Source: Balanoglossus misakiensis
Lineage: Eukaryota > Animalia > Hemichordata
NCBI GenBank assembly: GCA_040954595.2
Contig: CM082591.2
Span: forward strand, 4,263,957 to 4,327,956
DNA: 64,000 nt
Direction: 5' to 3'
The notes under the pieces are model-generated. The model did no database searches. It was not told the origin of the DNA and was given only the letters and a program-made list of their open reading frames with translations. Shown here one piece after another: positions 26,261 through 40,300 of the stretch (positions are counted from its first letter, which is position 1; every line of letters begins with the position of its first letter). A program made the position numbers and the translations under genes.

Positions 26261-27923
26261 GAGAGTGCTCAGTTTCGTTCTCGCAGATTTAAAAAACATC
26301 AATATATCCCAATACCGTCGATCCGAGATCGTGCAACTGTACAGGTTTTATGTGGTAGAAGACAGGGGAGGGTGTGTGTTCAGGTAAAGCACTCGGAGAG
26401 ATATGTAATAGCGCCAGCTCCTGTGGACAACGCCGCCCACATGCTTGAACAGGCCACACGCATAAAGTACACTGCATGCTTTACCGTTTACCAGATTTTC
26501 ATAGTGGATATGTCATGCTCGGATGAGTTTGGATTTTGTTAAACTGTGATAAATCATGTCGAATTAGTGCAACAATCTAAGTTATATATTGCCTTCATCA
26601 CAGGGGAATTAGGTATACGCTGGGTTAAATTTATACTGTTTCAATATGAAGAAATAAATTATTTGTGAACAATGAAAGTATACAATTATTATAACATGAA
26701 GAACTGTCGTTAATATTATAACACTGAATCAATCTTCAGAGTTAACGTTTATGTATGAAAAAAATCAGCAATAAAAAAATTAATATTGTTAATATAAATA
26801 CATCAATAACTGTATAAATTGTTTTGCAAGACAAATTTAATATTTCTATCATCATGTTTATACTTATATAAGTATCCAACTACAAGGGATTCCCGGGTGA
26901 TTGTTAGAATCTACGACCAATGCGTGATCACAATTCTTGCCGCCTTCTCATGATCAGTACATGCCAGATGTTTGTAGGCAATGGCTGTGTTTGATTGATT
27001 ATAGAAACGACACACCCCCTCGTGGCGCATTGAAAGGTGTTTTTTTTGTTTAGCTTAGAGACCAAAAGTAAACACGACAAAACACTAACGAGGTATAGGA
27101 GCTTTAGATTATTGCATGTGATATACTGGCGGGGATTGGTGGCCACTTTGAATTCCGCTGTGTATCTCGGCAAAAAATGGAAGCAGTGCTGTTATCAGCT
27201 CCGTCGATTAAAGCGGATATGGCCCAATCTGTGAGCAACTCTGATATCTCAAGTTGCAAACGGAATACAAACTTTTGAGAGAACTCTACTCTTTTGTCTT
27301 GGGCTTGCATTCTGCGCACAACGGATGGCGCATACAGGCATCAAAATAGTAGTTAAGACAGGTAGTTAAGAGAGCTTACATTTTTCCACTTGGAAGTCTT
27401 TTAGGCTGGCCGGTTTGGTTAGCAGTTACTATACGCATCCGGCTTGACTTACCTCCTATCCCGCAAGCGTCAGACAACTTTTCGTAATAACTTTGGCGTT
27501 GCTGGCTACAGCGCTGTGTTGTACTAGTAGTCTCAACCAGGGCAATGTCTGAAAATGCGTGTTGCCTATAAGTGTGCATGGAAGCGTAAAACAGCTGTAG
27601 CATTCCTCTGCCTTTCATTTGTCTCAATCAGGGTCCCAGAACAATAAGCCTACATATACTCTTGAACCAAGACTGTTGACACAGTTACACGCTCGTAAAT
27701 CACGTGTTGCCGTTTGCAATCTCTTTTTTTGCACCAACACTTCCGTCTTAAGACTCGACGCATCGATGTTTTTGGAATATATACTTCAAAAATAGCCCTC
27801 TATATAGGCCTACACTGTTCAATTAAAGCAAATAGCTGTCCGTGAAATGAAGAAAATACCGTTGGTCTATCGTGCCTATCTTCATTTTATAGGTTGACTG
27901 TAAATAAAACACCAAGTAAAGCA

Positions 27924-29080
27924 ATTAAAGCTGCAAGCAGCATTGTCCGGGCCCAAGCTCTATTATCTGATCTGATGCTAATATAGTGTTAAGTAGGTCA
28001 AAGGTCACCCGAGGTCACCCAACATTTGGGCAAAATATTTTGACCCCATACTGGTCCATGTATAACAAAAACAAAACCTCTAGGTCTATTGGTTCATCAT
28101 TAATTAGGTATGCGCATATTTAATGAGGTCACCAGAGGTCAAAGGGGTCATGAAAAGTAGCAAAATGTTTTGATCACATACAAATCCACATACATCAAAA
28201 ACCAAACTTATAGCCCTATTGGTTAGCCTGGAATTAGATATGCAGAAAAATGATTCGTCAAAAGTAGGTCAAAGGTCATTGCCAAAATTACAAAAATATT
28301 TATAGCTTATTCTTGTCATATGATGATTCATATCCATAAAAAGAATTTCTGTGCTATCAATTTTTAGGCTAGAAAAGGAATTTTTACTTTTTAATCGTTT
28401 TTCACAAAATCCAATATGGCCGCCATAATCTTCAACCAATCACATTCCCCTTCGCAAACTTGATAGACCTCCGTTTAATGACCACACACACCAAATCTTG
28501 TGACTCGGTTATCGCCCGTTCTGGAGGAGAAGATTTTTGAAGTTTTACTATGGTTTTTCGAAAATTCAATATGGCCGCCATAATCTTTGACTAATCACAA
28601 TGATCTTCGCAAACTTGATAGACATCAGTCAGGTGACCACATAACCCAAACGGCGTGACTCGGTTATCGCCGGTTCTGGAGAAGAAGATTTTTGAAATTT
28701 TGACCAGATTTCAGAAAAACAACTGTAGCCAAAAAACTGCAACATTGACAGCAAAATATCCAATTACAAAAATGATGGGCAGAGGGTATACTACCAGCAC
28801 GCCAAATCTGAAGTCGATCTGACTTGTAGTTTCTGAGATCTGAGATTTGCATTTTTTCAGAAAATCCAATATGGCCGCCATGTCACGTGACTAATTAAGT
28901 ATTCACAAGTCACTGCACATCTACTCATTGACCTTGACCACTGTAGCAAGTTTGAGAACTGTACCTGCAGCGGTGTCTGAGATCTAGAGCGCGAAAGAAA
29001 TGAACCAAGAATAAAGAAAGAAAGAAAAACCCCAACGAAACCAATACGGGCCCAAGCCTGGCTTGGCTTGGGCCCGTAAT
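27924..29080 (+). mobile_element. Non-autonomous Helentron/HINE-like element
   Basis: 5' ATTAAAGCTGCAAGCAGC...GGGCCCAAGC; 3' hairpin GGGCCCAAGC-CTGGCTTG-GCTTGGGCCC-GTAAT; internal ~150-bp direct repeats beginning aatatggccgccat. Confidence 0.7.
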
Positions 29081-30243
29081 AAAGAAAGCTCTAGCTAATC
29101 CTGTCATATAATCGATAACTAGGAGATTATGTCTTGAAATTTATTAGGAAAATAATGACGTATTTTAAAAAGAGATGCATGCGCGGTATTTCAAATAAAA
29201 CTTCAGTGGGCGCTTTTCACCATGGCAACGATAGCACTGGTGAACATTCTTTGTCCGGGGTGTTATGAAAACTAAAGGTTAAAGGTGATGTAGGCACTTT
29301 TTGCAAAAACAAGATGAAGCCGTTGAATTCACTCTCAACATGGAAGACGGAGATTACCTCAGAATTTACAAGGAACGGACAGGGGATACGAGAATTAGCC
29401 AACAAACGGCGGAGGTGGCCGGAGTGAAGCGGCCATGCGTTCGTTATTAACAGAACAAAACGACGATAAAATTTCACTTGTGTGGTCACTTTAGTTAACA
29501 GCACTGATCAAGTGACTTCGACGTTAAGTACACTCCTCAATCCCTGACTTGAATTTTAATGAACTGGTCCCGCGATCGAATGTCTCTTCTCACGATAACA
29601 GCGCCCCAGTTGTCATAGCCCCCTTGCTATCTCGACATGGTGACGTGACACGAACTAGCTTGTCAGCTTTGTTTGACCTCTTGCCTCGGTCACGTCCACC
29701 TCTTGTAGAGGGGTCCAGGTCACAGCGCCACTCACAGACTTAGTGGTCAACTTGAGTGCTTTAATAGTTTACTCCTCAGCACAGTACGGTCGTAGACTGG
29801 CAGTCCCATTGTCTAGACAGGACGATTCGAACAGGTGGGTGATTTGTTTATGTTTTTGACAGCGCTTGCGCCGACTGCCTCGTCTGAGTTACAATAGCCG
29901 ACAATTGTGGTCATATTGAAAAATACCAATGAAGGTCTGTGGTAGAGGAGAATGAGAAACAGGATATTATTCAGTACATATAAATGGTCTGTTCTACGCA
30001 CAATTATGGCAAAATGAAGTACAACAGGCGGTGACCGTCGACCTACTTGATCACAAAGTTTCAAGGTGACCTTCCACGGCCTGTCATGATTTCATTTTAA
30101 TTGTATGTCAAAATACGGTCAGGTATAGCCGCCTGTAGTCCATAGGCACCACACTGTGTAACTCTTCCAGTAGTGTAAATTACACAAGTACAACAAAACT
30201 ACAAACGGCATTGAATTTTCTAGCTTCTTTCTCAGCAGGCATA

Positions 30244-31649
30244 ATGTCCACTAGCCCGGAAGTCAGTAATTTATTCAAAACAACACGAATATCGAAAGCG
30301 TATTCTCGGTATCGTCCCACTTATCCTCACACAATGTTGGACAGAATTATTTCTTTTAGTTCAAAACAGGTAGGTTTAATAGCTGCCATTTTTTTGCAGT
30401 GAGTTTATGATTTTAATTTCAAATTTGGAGTGGTCTACCAAGCATAGCATTATTGGTGTTTCATATTTAGAAACACACATCAACGTACGCTTTGGGATCA
30501 TGATCACACAGTTGTTGGGACATGATTCTCGAATGTCGACAAGCAACATGAAATCCACAAGTTATATATACAAAATATGTAAAGCACGACTGCAACTACT
30601 TTGTGATAACTTTGTGATAACGAGGTCTTGAAGATAGTATAAAAATAGTTTATATCTCAATGTTCTACTGAAGATTATTTTAAACTATGCAATTCCAATA
30701 TACTTACTGAAAAAGAAGCAGTTTGCAAAAAGTGTGGGTTCAGTTTATCTAAGAGCGATATTTCTCGATATCTTACAACCACAATATAATTTATTCCAGT
30801 TGTAAGACGGTAAAATATGGTTGTTAATACATTGTTTGGAAACATACCTACAACTCAAAACGTGTCGTTTTTCCAGTATACAACGTTCCGGCTAGCAGTG
30901 GATGTAGCCTGTGGGACGGGGCAAAGCACACGTCTTCTTGCTGGCCACTTTCAACAGGTTATTGGTATAGATATCAGTCCTTCACAAATTGCAGAGGCCA
31001 TCGCCACGGAAAAGATGCCAAATATTACTTACCAGTGAGTATGACATTTTTCGAAGAAATAGGTTTTGGGCTGCACAGAAGGCATGAATTGACCACTGAT
31101 ATTTTCATCAGTGCAGTTGATAAGAATCAAGGTGATTGTTGTAATGTTGCCAGTTTGAGTTGAGAAGAAACAGTTATTGTATAAATTGTTGCAGGTGTAA
31201 GTTGATAAGAAACAGCTATTGTATAAATTGTTGCAAGTGTGGGTTGATAAGAAACAGCTATTGTATAAATTGTTGCAAGTCTAACAAAGAGATTCAAGTG
31301 TCCGGCGTTTGGAATGACTGCATGATTTCATTCTTAGAGTAGGGCCAGCGGAATCCCTATCCGTTAAAACGAATAGTGTCGATTTGGTAACGGTTGGAGC
31401 AGGAATACACTGGTTGGAATTGGAAACTTTCTATTCCGAGGTTGATAGAGTCTTGCGACCAGGAGGATGTGTGGCCATATACGGCTTCAATCCGAAGGGG
31501 TTGGTACTGTACTTTCAGGACAAAACAACTTCTCTCACAGAGTTGTATGAAGAGGTGAGTTAAAGTCTGAAAATACAATCTTCCTGTGGCATTCAAAATT
31601 TAATATGGTTATCCCCAATTTCTACTCTCAATTTGGAGAGAGGGAGGGA

Positions 31650-31691
<42 letters not shown>

Positions 31692-32468
31692 TGCATGCAG
31701 GCGTACTGAAAAACCATTCCATAAATATATGTGTTGTATCCTACACTTACTCTATTTCTCGATATTTTCTAACTACTCAGGTTCTTTTTGAAACTTACAA
31801 GGCGTTTTGGGAGTGGGAGCACGTGCTTTTACCAATGAATTCCTATCGAGATCTTCCTCTACCCTATGAAGAAAATGCCAAGTGAGTGATCCACTTGCAT
31901 TCTATTGGATTTAAACCCAAGAAAGCGAGATCATGCATGTTGCATAATATATCGTTGAGTGAACAAATAATGGCCTGTGCACCATCCATCGCCCCACATT
32001 AGTGGATGAATCACTCGTCTTATTTGCTTGGTCCACTCGTAGAGAACAACAACATGTTGCATATTTAATCACACCGTTTTCGCCTGAAGGTATGACGACC
32101 TCAAAAAAGCGGATGAAATCACAGTGGCTGATCTAATTGGATACACAAGCAGTCTGTCATTCTATTCTACATATGAGAAAAATCACCCTGGCGATAAGAC
32201 CCTGCTCCGGACATTACAAGACAGGTACTGATAACAATAATTGGAACACTAACTTTGGATTTGCAAAATTTAGAAACACTGAAGATTTCTCTCAGGAGTT
32301 TTCAATATCAAAAATTAACAAGAGCATGAAACATGTAAGTAAAGTAACATACATGTTGTTTTACTTTTCAGAATAATGGCTGTTTTAGAAGTAAATACTT
32401 CGCCAGAAGAGACTAAAATCATAAGGGAACTCCCACTTTCCCTCTGTCTGGCACGCAAGCCCCTGTGA
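30244..32468 (+). CDS. Class I SAM-dependent small-molecule methyltransferase (Methyltransf_11, Tmt1/Crg1-like), copy 1; exons ~30244-30369, 30877-31034, 31339-31554, 31781-31881, 32090-32224, 32372-32468
   Basis: YSRYRPTYP; motif I LAVDVACGTGQST; GIDISPSQI; SVDLVTVGAGIHW; RVLRPGGCVAIY; C-terminal LARKP. Confidence 0.9.
31158..31285. repeat. ~39-bp minisatellite x3; a related sequence lies on the opposite strand at ~16195-16282
   Basis: gttgataagaaacagctattgtataaattgttgcaagt units. Confidence 0.85.
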
Positions 32469-33235
32469 GCAACCTGTCTGTGGGATAATACTTCATGCCG
32501 TACAAGATTTAAGAGACTAATTTGCCTATAGTTTCACGAAAAAATGGGTCAGGGTATGATGTGCTTTCGGTATCAAAACTATTGGAGATATTAGAAAATA
32601 CTTGTACAATATATAAGGACTATATATCATTTTACACTAAAATGGACCAAATCTACTTATATTTTCGTCACAATAGTGTTGTTATTATCTAGCACAGAGT
32701 TTTATTAGAAAAAGTTGACAAAATCCCCGATCAAATAGATTCTGTAGGTGCTGTCGACACATCGATGGACTTTCATGTCACGACTTTTGGCGACATGTTT
32801 GCAGTTTCTCGATCGTGACAATATTTAGCATATAAATCAACGTTGGGTTTGCTGTGTTCTCGATTCGTCTATTTGTATGCAAATATGCAGTGTGATTTAC
32901 GTTTCCCGGTTTTTTTCCGAAACAGTCTCACACTTGAAATAAGTAATAAAGGTTTTAGATAGTGGTATGATTAGTTTGAAACAAATGCCCATTATCTCCA
33001 TGAAATTGGAAACGAATCGATATAGTGACTGGATTCTTTGATTGGACGGAAGCGATCGGCCGTTTCACTCACAGGGGGTTCAACATTCGCAACATGGAAG
33101 CCGCGGAGGGATACAACCTATATGCCAGTAAATATTCGGCCGCTGCCATGCCATTGTAATACATGGGTATAAATAGGCGTTCTCACCGTCTGGTTTTAGG
33201 TTCCACGGTATACATCTCCAAGCTTTAAGATAAAA

Positions 33236-36194
33236 ATGTCCGCCAATCCGGAAATCACCGACTTATACAATACAAAGCGCATATCAAAGGCTTATTCTCA
33301 ATACCGACCAACATATCCACCCATCTTATTGGAGAAAATCATATCTTTTCTTGAGAAGAAGGTAAGGCAAAAAGATGTCATATTGCCGTATTTTAGTTTA
33401 AATCTATCAATCTGAATGGTGTATTTTAAATCTAAATCCATCGACAACACTTCATTGCGAGATGTGTTTTACATGCATATACATGGCGGTGAAGCGCACT
33501 CGTATATATTATAACAAGTATTCTTTCTACAATAACCTTGATTTATAAGTCAATTGACAATGTCATCTACACACAGACATACTAAAGTACAGACTTAAGT
33601 CTGATAATTTGAACATGTTATGCTATTATTATATTGCTGGGATTGATATGTACCACTGAATAATTTGATGTGGTATTGGAATACTTTTCAGACGGAACCT
33701 CCATACATGCTTGCAGTGGATGTTGCCTGTGGCACGGGCAAAAGTACACGCCTTCTCGCCGACCATTTCCAACAGGTTATAGGTGTAGACATCAGTCCGA
33801 CACAAATCGCAGAGGCGAATGCGTTGGAAAAGCTACCAAATGTTACTTATAAGTGAGTGGTTGTCAATCCTAAATGTCTCTTAAGTGTTCACCGTTCAGG
33901 TATTCTCGTCTCTCTATCTGAGTCACTGTGACAGATAAGATATTTGGAAGCACACTTTCCCACCTCTCGTGTTATTAGTATTGTGAAAATTAATCATGAT
34001 TGTATTGAACCCCTAACACGGGTTAAATGCATGACACAGAGAGTATGTATAGCTTATAGGCCTCTTCGAGAGAAGCTCAAAAACGTCTTCCTATATCATT
34101 AAAATTCAAAGGAAGTCTCTGAATAAAATGCACATTATTAGTTCGTTTACATGATTCAAGTCTGCAGGTATGGTATTTAGTATGCGCAATGCCAAATATA
34201 AATAAACAAGTGTTGACAAAGAATTCCTGTTGTAGGAAAGAGTTCATTCGTATAGTCACGTATTACCTTCCCAATTGCCTCTAACACACTCAACTAATTA
34301 TGAAGCTTAAGGGGATACTTTATGAGTGGATTATACAAGAGCTTGTACTGTTAATAACCTGTCTAGATGATATATTGGTTCTACATCAAAGCATTGTGTG
34401 ATGTCATTTTGTATCATTTAATGTACGAGCTCTTGATGGAAACCGTACACCAAGTGTTCACACATGTGAGCTTATGCCGTACGTTATACCGATCTGTGTG
34501 TGTCTGCCTGTTTACGCGATATCTCAAGAACGACTGAACGGATTCAAGTCAAATTTGGTACATAGGTTTAGGTTCAAAATGATAAGAACTAGTGAGGTTT
34601 TGGTGGGCTGGGCTTGCATATTAATGAAGTTATCAGGGTTTTAATGTTTCTGTTACATGGTAGACTATGGGAGGCAGCTGGACAGCACGGAGAATTAGTG
34701 CACCAAATTTGATGAAACGATCTACAGATACCAATCTCACCAATTATATACCAAATACCAATTATCTGTTCATTTGCATATTTTATGAACTTATAGCGCT
34801 ATATTTCTGAAATTACTGGATAATGATACATAATGGTGTTCCCGGAATCTTTCTTCTAGATTGGCGGCTGCAGAATCGCTTCCTGTTGGAACAAATAGCG
34901 TCGATTTGATTACGGTCGGCAATGGGATACATTGGTTTAAAGACCTTGATGCGGTTCATTCCGAGTTGAACCGAGTATTGAAGCCTGGGGGTTGCTTGGC
35001 CGTGTATGCCTATGATTGTCAGTGGATGTTGCTGCACTTCGGAGACAAAACAGAAGCCCTGTCGCAGGTTTACCACAAGGTTGGTGATCTGGCAACCAGT
35101 CGGCTTTCTGATCGAATGCCATTTTCAATGTCTGCTTGTCTCTGCATTGAGAGTCTGCCAAACTCACTTTTTGGTTACCAGGGACGGCAGATGTGGTTGC
35201 AAAATGATGCAAAGCACATCAGTTGCATTCAATTTAGATATGCACCTCTCCAAGTCGTGCAGTGAACACATCATGGTGCATTGTGATCTGTGGTCCCCAC
35301 TTTCCGTGGTAACTTTGCTTAAATTTACAAGAATGCCCCATATACCTTTAACCAATAGCTTTCTTGGAGAATTTAGATTCACTCGAGCCTAGCCAAATTA
35401 AAGGCCAGGTCTGAAAACTCTGACTACAATATACACAATGCTCGTTTCCATTATCGTTTAGACTCTATTTGACACGTGCAGATCATACTGGAGATGGGAT
35501 TTATTGAAGCTAGCAGTGGATCACTATCGGTATCTTCGTCTGCCATACAAAGAATGTGAAAGGTGGGTGATAACTAAGGTAACAATTAGGCACAGGGAGT
35601 GAGATTTTGGTGAAGGTTATTCTTACATGCATACATGCACATACATACGATTAAAACATAATAATGTCTGTATGTTTTCATCTGAAGGTACGATGACATG
35701 ACAACATCCGATGAAATTACTGTTGCTGGTCTGATGGGTTATACAGTCAGCTTGTCCTTCTTGGAGAAGTACAGCAAAGATCATCCCGAAGACACCACTT
35801 TTCTCCAGAGATTGCAAGACAGGTTTGGAATAATACAAGTATAGTGCACTTTATAGTACATGTTATGTATGGCTTTCAAAGTGCTCGAATGTATGACATG
35901 TTTGAGTGTGAGAAGAAGTTATTTGGAAAATGTTGCATGAAAATGTTTACATTCTGTTGCACTATTCATGAATGATGATATACTAACTAGATATAAATTT
36001 ATACGTTTATAGTTGATAAAACGTACCAGTTATTTACAGTTGGTCATCAGCATAAACAACCCAAAGATGAAACTTCTGTGGTATTTTTTTTCTTCAGGAT
36101 AATGGCTATTTTAGATGTAGACACTCCACCAGAAGAAACAATTATCAGAAGAGAACTGCCCCTGTTTATGTGTGTTACACGAAAACCACTATAA
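33236..36194 (+). CDS. Class I SAM-dependent methyltransferase, copy 2; exons ~33236-33361, 33692-33852, 34860-35079, 35462-35562, 35688-35822, 36098-36194
   Basis: YSQYRPTYP; LAVDVACGTGKST; SVDLITVGNGIHW; RVLKPGGCLAVY. Same 6-exon structure as copy 1. Confidence 0.9.
34440..34810. mobile_element. DINE/HINE-like non-autonomous element fragment in methyltransferase 2 intron 2
   Basis: Hairpin (cacatgtg / ccgtac), a short tgtgtgtctg stretch, then the typical 'gcgatatctcaagaacgactgaacggattcaagtcaaatttggtaca' block. Confidence 0.5.
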
Positions 36195-37325
36195 CTTGAA
36201 GAAACATGGCAGTATTTGGCAGAATATTTGCTATATGGCCAAACGAAATTACGCACATGCGCATGAGACGATCGTCGGCTTCTTAATATAGTAAAATTAG
36301 ACAAAATCCACATATTTACTGTCAGTATGATCGCTGCTTTATTAGAACCTCAAGGAGTGAAATGTGAATAATGTGTGATGCAATTCACCCTACCTTAAAT
36401 AGGGTTTTGCTACCTAGAGGAGTGATAAAAATCGCACATGGTCGACGCAATTTCAAGCCCAGTCCGGCATCTGGCTTCTCAATGTAAAGTTCAATTTTTG
36501 TGCATTACTTTCAATGTCCTATATAGAATAATTGTAGATTTTGAAAACAGGAATTATCATGATGCAACAGGAAACAGTTTGACCCTTCAGCGCAGGCAGT
36601 CAACTTGTCGTCACTTTTCATAAAAATAGTACACCCTCATAACTTTTCACACGATTTTTCTCAAATTTTGAATAAGATCTGAAGACAACGGATAATTATG
36701 TCCACTTAGTCTAAATTTTATTGAATCATTACAGGAAAATGGCTGAAAATGTTTCACCATATTTTGACAGATTGAAAAATAAATGGGATGTTCGAGAGGT
36801 TAAATGTTACTGTGTACAAGGTTGGCAATTCTGTACTCTTAGTCAAAAAGCAGACACTTTCTCATATTTATAAATTGACATACAGTGAAAATTATGTTCA
36901 AAACATATCGACATAGCTTAAGCCACACAATGATTTATTTTTTAGGAGGAGGGCATTTTTTAAAGACACCACCTGAAAACAGTAGTTACAAAAGTAAACA
37001 CACTGGTTAGCAATCACTTACTATTTACACGACTGCACTTTTGATTAACCCACTCGATGGTGGAAAATCGAAATTATCAATCAGTTAATATGGACTCTAC
37101 TCGGCTGACATAACTGCATCTTAAGCCTGCTGCCATCTTTTTTCTATTTTAGATTTCAAAGTCCTCCTGCGGTCTTGGCTAATTCAAGTGATGGGGGTGG
37201 GGGCAATCGATAGCAGATGACACAGGACTTGTGAAACTGGGCCAGGATTTCACGCATTGTGACGTGCATGCATCTACCCCTGAGTCTTTGGAACATGGAG
37301 AATTCCAACATTATCGCGACCCCTG

Positions 37326-40300
37326 TCATGCCTTCACTGCTTCTTCGACTCGCTCGCCTTTTTCCATCTCTTCTTCCTCTTCTTCTTCATCGTCACCATC
37401 CATCGCGAGATCTTCGTCTTCTCGCTCGCCATTCTGGGCCTTTTCAAAGACTTTGTCTGTTTTGCCGGCAGCCTCTGCCTTTTTCCTTGCCTCTACCTGC
37501 AGAAAACAGCATTGGAATAGTGTTCAACCAGGCCCTATATACCATGCTACTTGTGTGATATCAGATGAGCTGACCAGGATAAGGTTCTCTCGATCAGTAG
37601 TAATGAAAGAGTCCTGGAGATCTCACCAGGATTTGAACAAATGATCTGCAGTTGCCAATCACAGTCCCAAAATCAGATCCCACATTTCAGCAGTTTAGAG
37701 GTTTTTTTTACCTTTGCATCTTGTTCTGCAAATTTGGCAAACATGTTCCCGTAGATCCTCTTATCCTTTTCCTTCTGAGCTTTGATCTTCTGATTGACTA
37801 TGGCCAGTTGGTTTTTGGCAGCTTTGTTGTTTGGCTCAAGCTCTAGCACCTTCTTGAAGTCTGCCCCTGCCATGTCGAAGTCTCCGAGCGAGAGTCTGGC
37901 CGAGCCACGACGGAAGTATCCCTTCTCGCTCTTGCTGTCCATTTCAATTGCCTAGAGTCAAAGACAGGGAGGGGGCAAGAGGGGGATAAAGAGAGAGAGA
38001 GAGAGAGGAGGGGGGGCGGCAGGAAAGTGGAGGGGAGAGAAAGAAATCATATAAGATACAGCACACATGCACTAAACATACATATATCCTGTATTGTTGA
38101 AACTCTCTATATTCCATATTAACAAAACTGTTCGGGCCATTAGTGACTAAGACAGGTGTACTGTAAAACTGGATGATGTTCAGACACAGCAGAGCTTGTG
38201 GATTCATAGCAATGCGACAGAGCCAGTGGGTTCATCCATTGCTGGATCTGACTCTGAATTCACATCCTAATACAGCTCTGCAAGCAGGTCATCATGACAC
38301 GGGATCTGACTCTGAATATGAATACATATCTTTACTGGCAGAGGCCGATTACAAGTGTCTATAGATGAATTCAATTTCGAAGAAAATTACTTTGTCACAC
38401 GAGTCTACTGCTTGGACCTCATCATTGGTCTTCAGATAGCACATGGCTATGTTGAGGTGGGCTGCCAGAAGGAGCTTCTCCCTCTTCTGGTATTGTTCGG
38501 GTTCCATGTCCGTCTCGCCTTCGCTCTCCAGAAGCTCCAGGATCCGCTTGTACTGTTTGACGGCTCGGGTGAAGTTGCCAGCCTTGAAGTGGTCTGTACC
38601 TTTGCCTTTCGACATTTCAGCGTCGGTGAATTTCTCATCCAAGTCCATCTCCCAGGGTTCCTTGGCCTGTGGTGCACAAAAGATAAAAACAATTTGCCAG
38701 TGACATTTATGTGCAACAAAGTATGTCTGAACCTGTTCCCTTCTTCTCCATAAGCTCAGGTACCAACACACACAAAGTCACGTTTATTGATTAACCATTT
38801 CAACATGGTGGTGTGGTCTAAATCCATGGTTTTATACGGTAAAATTGGACCTCTCCACAAGAAACTGGGGGTGAAAGGGTAAAATCTTACCTTTTCAAAA
38901 TCCTTTAGGTGAACTTCGTATGTGACGGGAACGTTGGCAGGTACGTTGAATTCAGCCTTTCCACCACTGCCAAACGCATACCTCGGTGCCAGCGTCAATT
39001 GTGCCTTCTCTCCTTTCTTCATACTTTTCAGGCCTATCTCTATACCGATCACCACACCTGCATCTTGTCCTGCAGAAGACACAACAGACAGTTTGGTAGA
39101 TTGGAAAAACAGTGCACGGAGAACAATGCCATACACTGTCTATGCAATAGAGAATTGTGCACAAAAGTTCTGCATTCCAAAAAACACACGCAGCAGTCCA
39201 TCTCACAGCATTCTGATTAACTTACCTTCACCGATGACAAACTTCACATCTCTGTCCTCGAATACATTTCCCTCATATTTTCCGGTGATATGTACTGAAA
39301 AAGAGCACAAAATAATCAATTATATGTGGCCAAAGTATAAAGTTTTTATGTGCCTATTGTTAGATTTGTTACCTTATTAAGTACTGAATATTCATGTACT
39401 ATACAAGAACTATGGCAGCATCTTCCTTACCTTCAACTGTGGCTTCATTATTGGGATTTTGATAACCTTCGCCTGCTTCAAGAATTCGTCTCAAGACACC
39501 CTTGTCTTTGTCTTCCGTCAAATCCTCTCCTTCGAAGGAGAAGAGTTCCACTTCGAATACAAGTGTTGAATTGGGTGGAATCTTTCCCTGGGCTGCAAAT
39601 CAACGGAGAAAAAATGAATTTCCTCAGGAAACCTGTGCAGTATATACACAAAGATATGTATGTAGTGTTCAGGAGGAAAATGTATTGAACTACAGAGTAA
39701 GACATTACCACATGGACATATTTGAGAATATGCCTGAATATATAATTGTGCTCTGGATATGTAACATGCACACAAATAACATATATAATTGTGTATTCTG
39801 TTCAGTCAATACATGTTCAGACACAGCAGAGCGTGTGGATTCATAGCAATGCGACCGAGCCAGTGGGTTCATCCATTGCTGGATCTGACTCTGAATTCAC
39901 ATCCTAATACAGCTCTGCAAGCAGGTCATCATGACACGGGATCTGACTCTGAAGATGAATCCATATCTTTACTAACAGAGTCCTAGTAGTAGTAGTACAG
40001 TTCTACAAGTCTATATTATGTTTAAATTCCGAATTGGAGCAAACTGCCTGTCTAATAAGGGAATTTACATCAACTAATAGCATTTTTTCTAAAGGTCCCA
40101 CACATATCTTACCTTTTTTGCCGTATGCATATTCTGGCTTACAAGTAATAACACATACTTCGCCTAATTTCATGGTTGCTACTGCCATATCCCATGACTT
40201 AATTACCTGACCTACAAACAGAAGAAAGCAATCAAAAATCAGTATTTCAAGTTGTAAATAGCATTTATTATTAGATGAATATGCACAAACTAAAGGTACG

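Noticed and set aside
38171-38320. Plus-strand reading of the duplicated block as a C/D snoRNA or 63-65 aa ORF
   Set aside because: It is antisense to the host gene, the plus-strand TGATG box is missing in copy B, and the minus-strand boxes are conserved in both copies.
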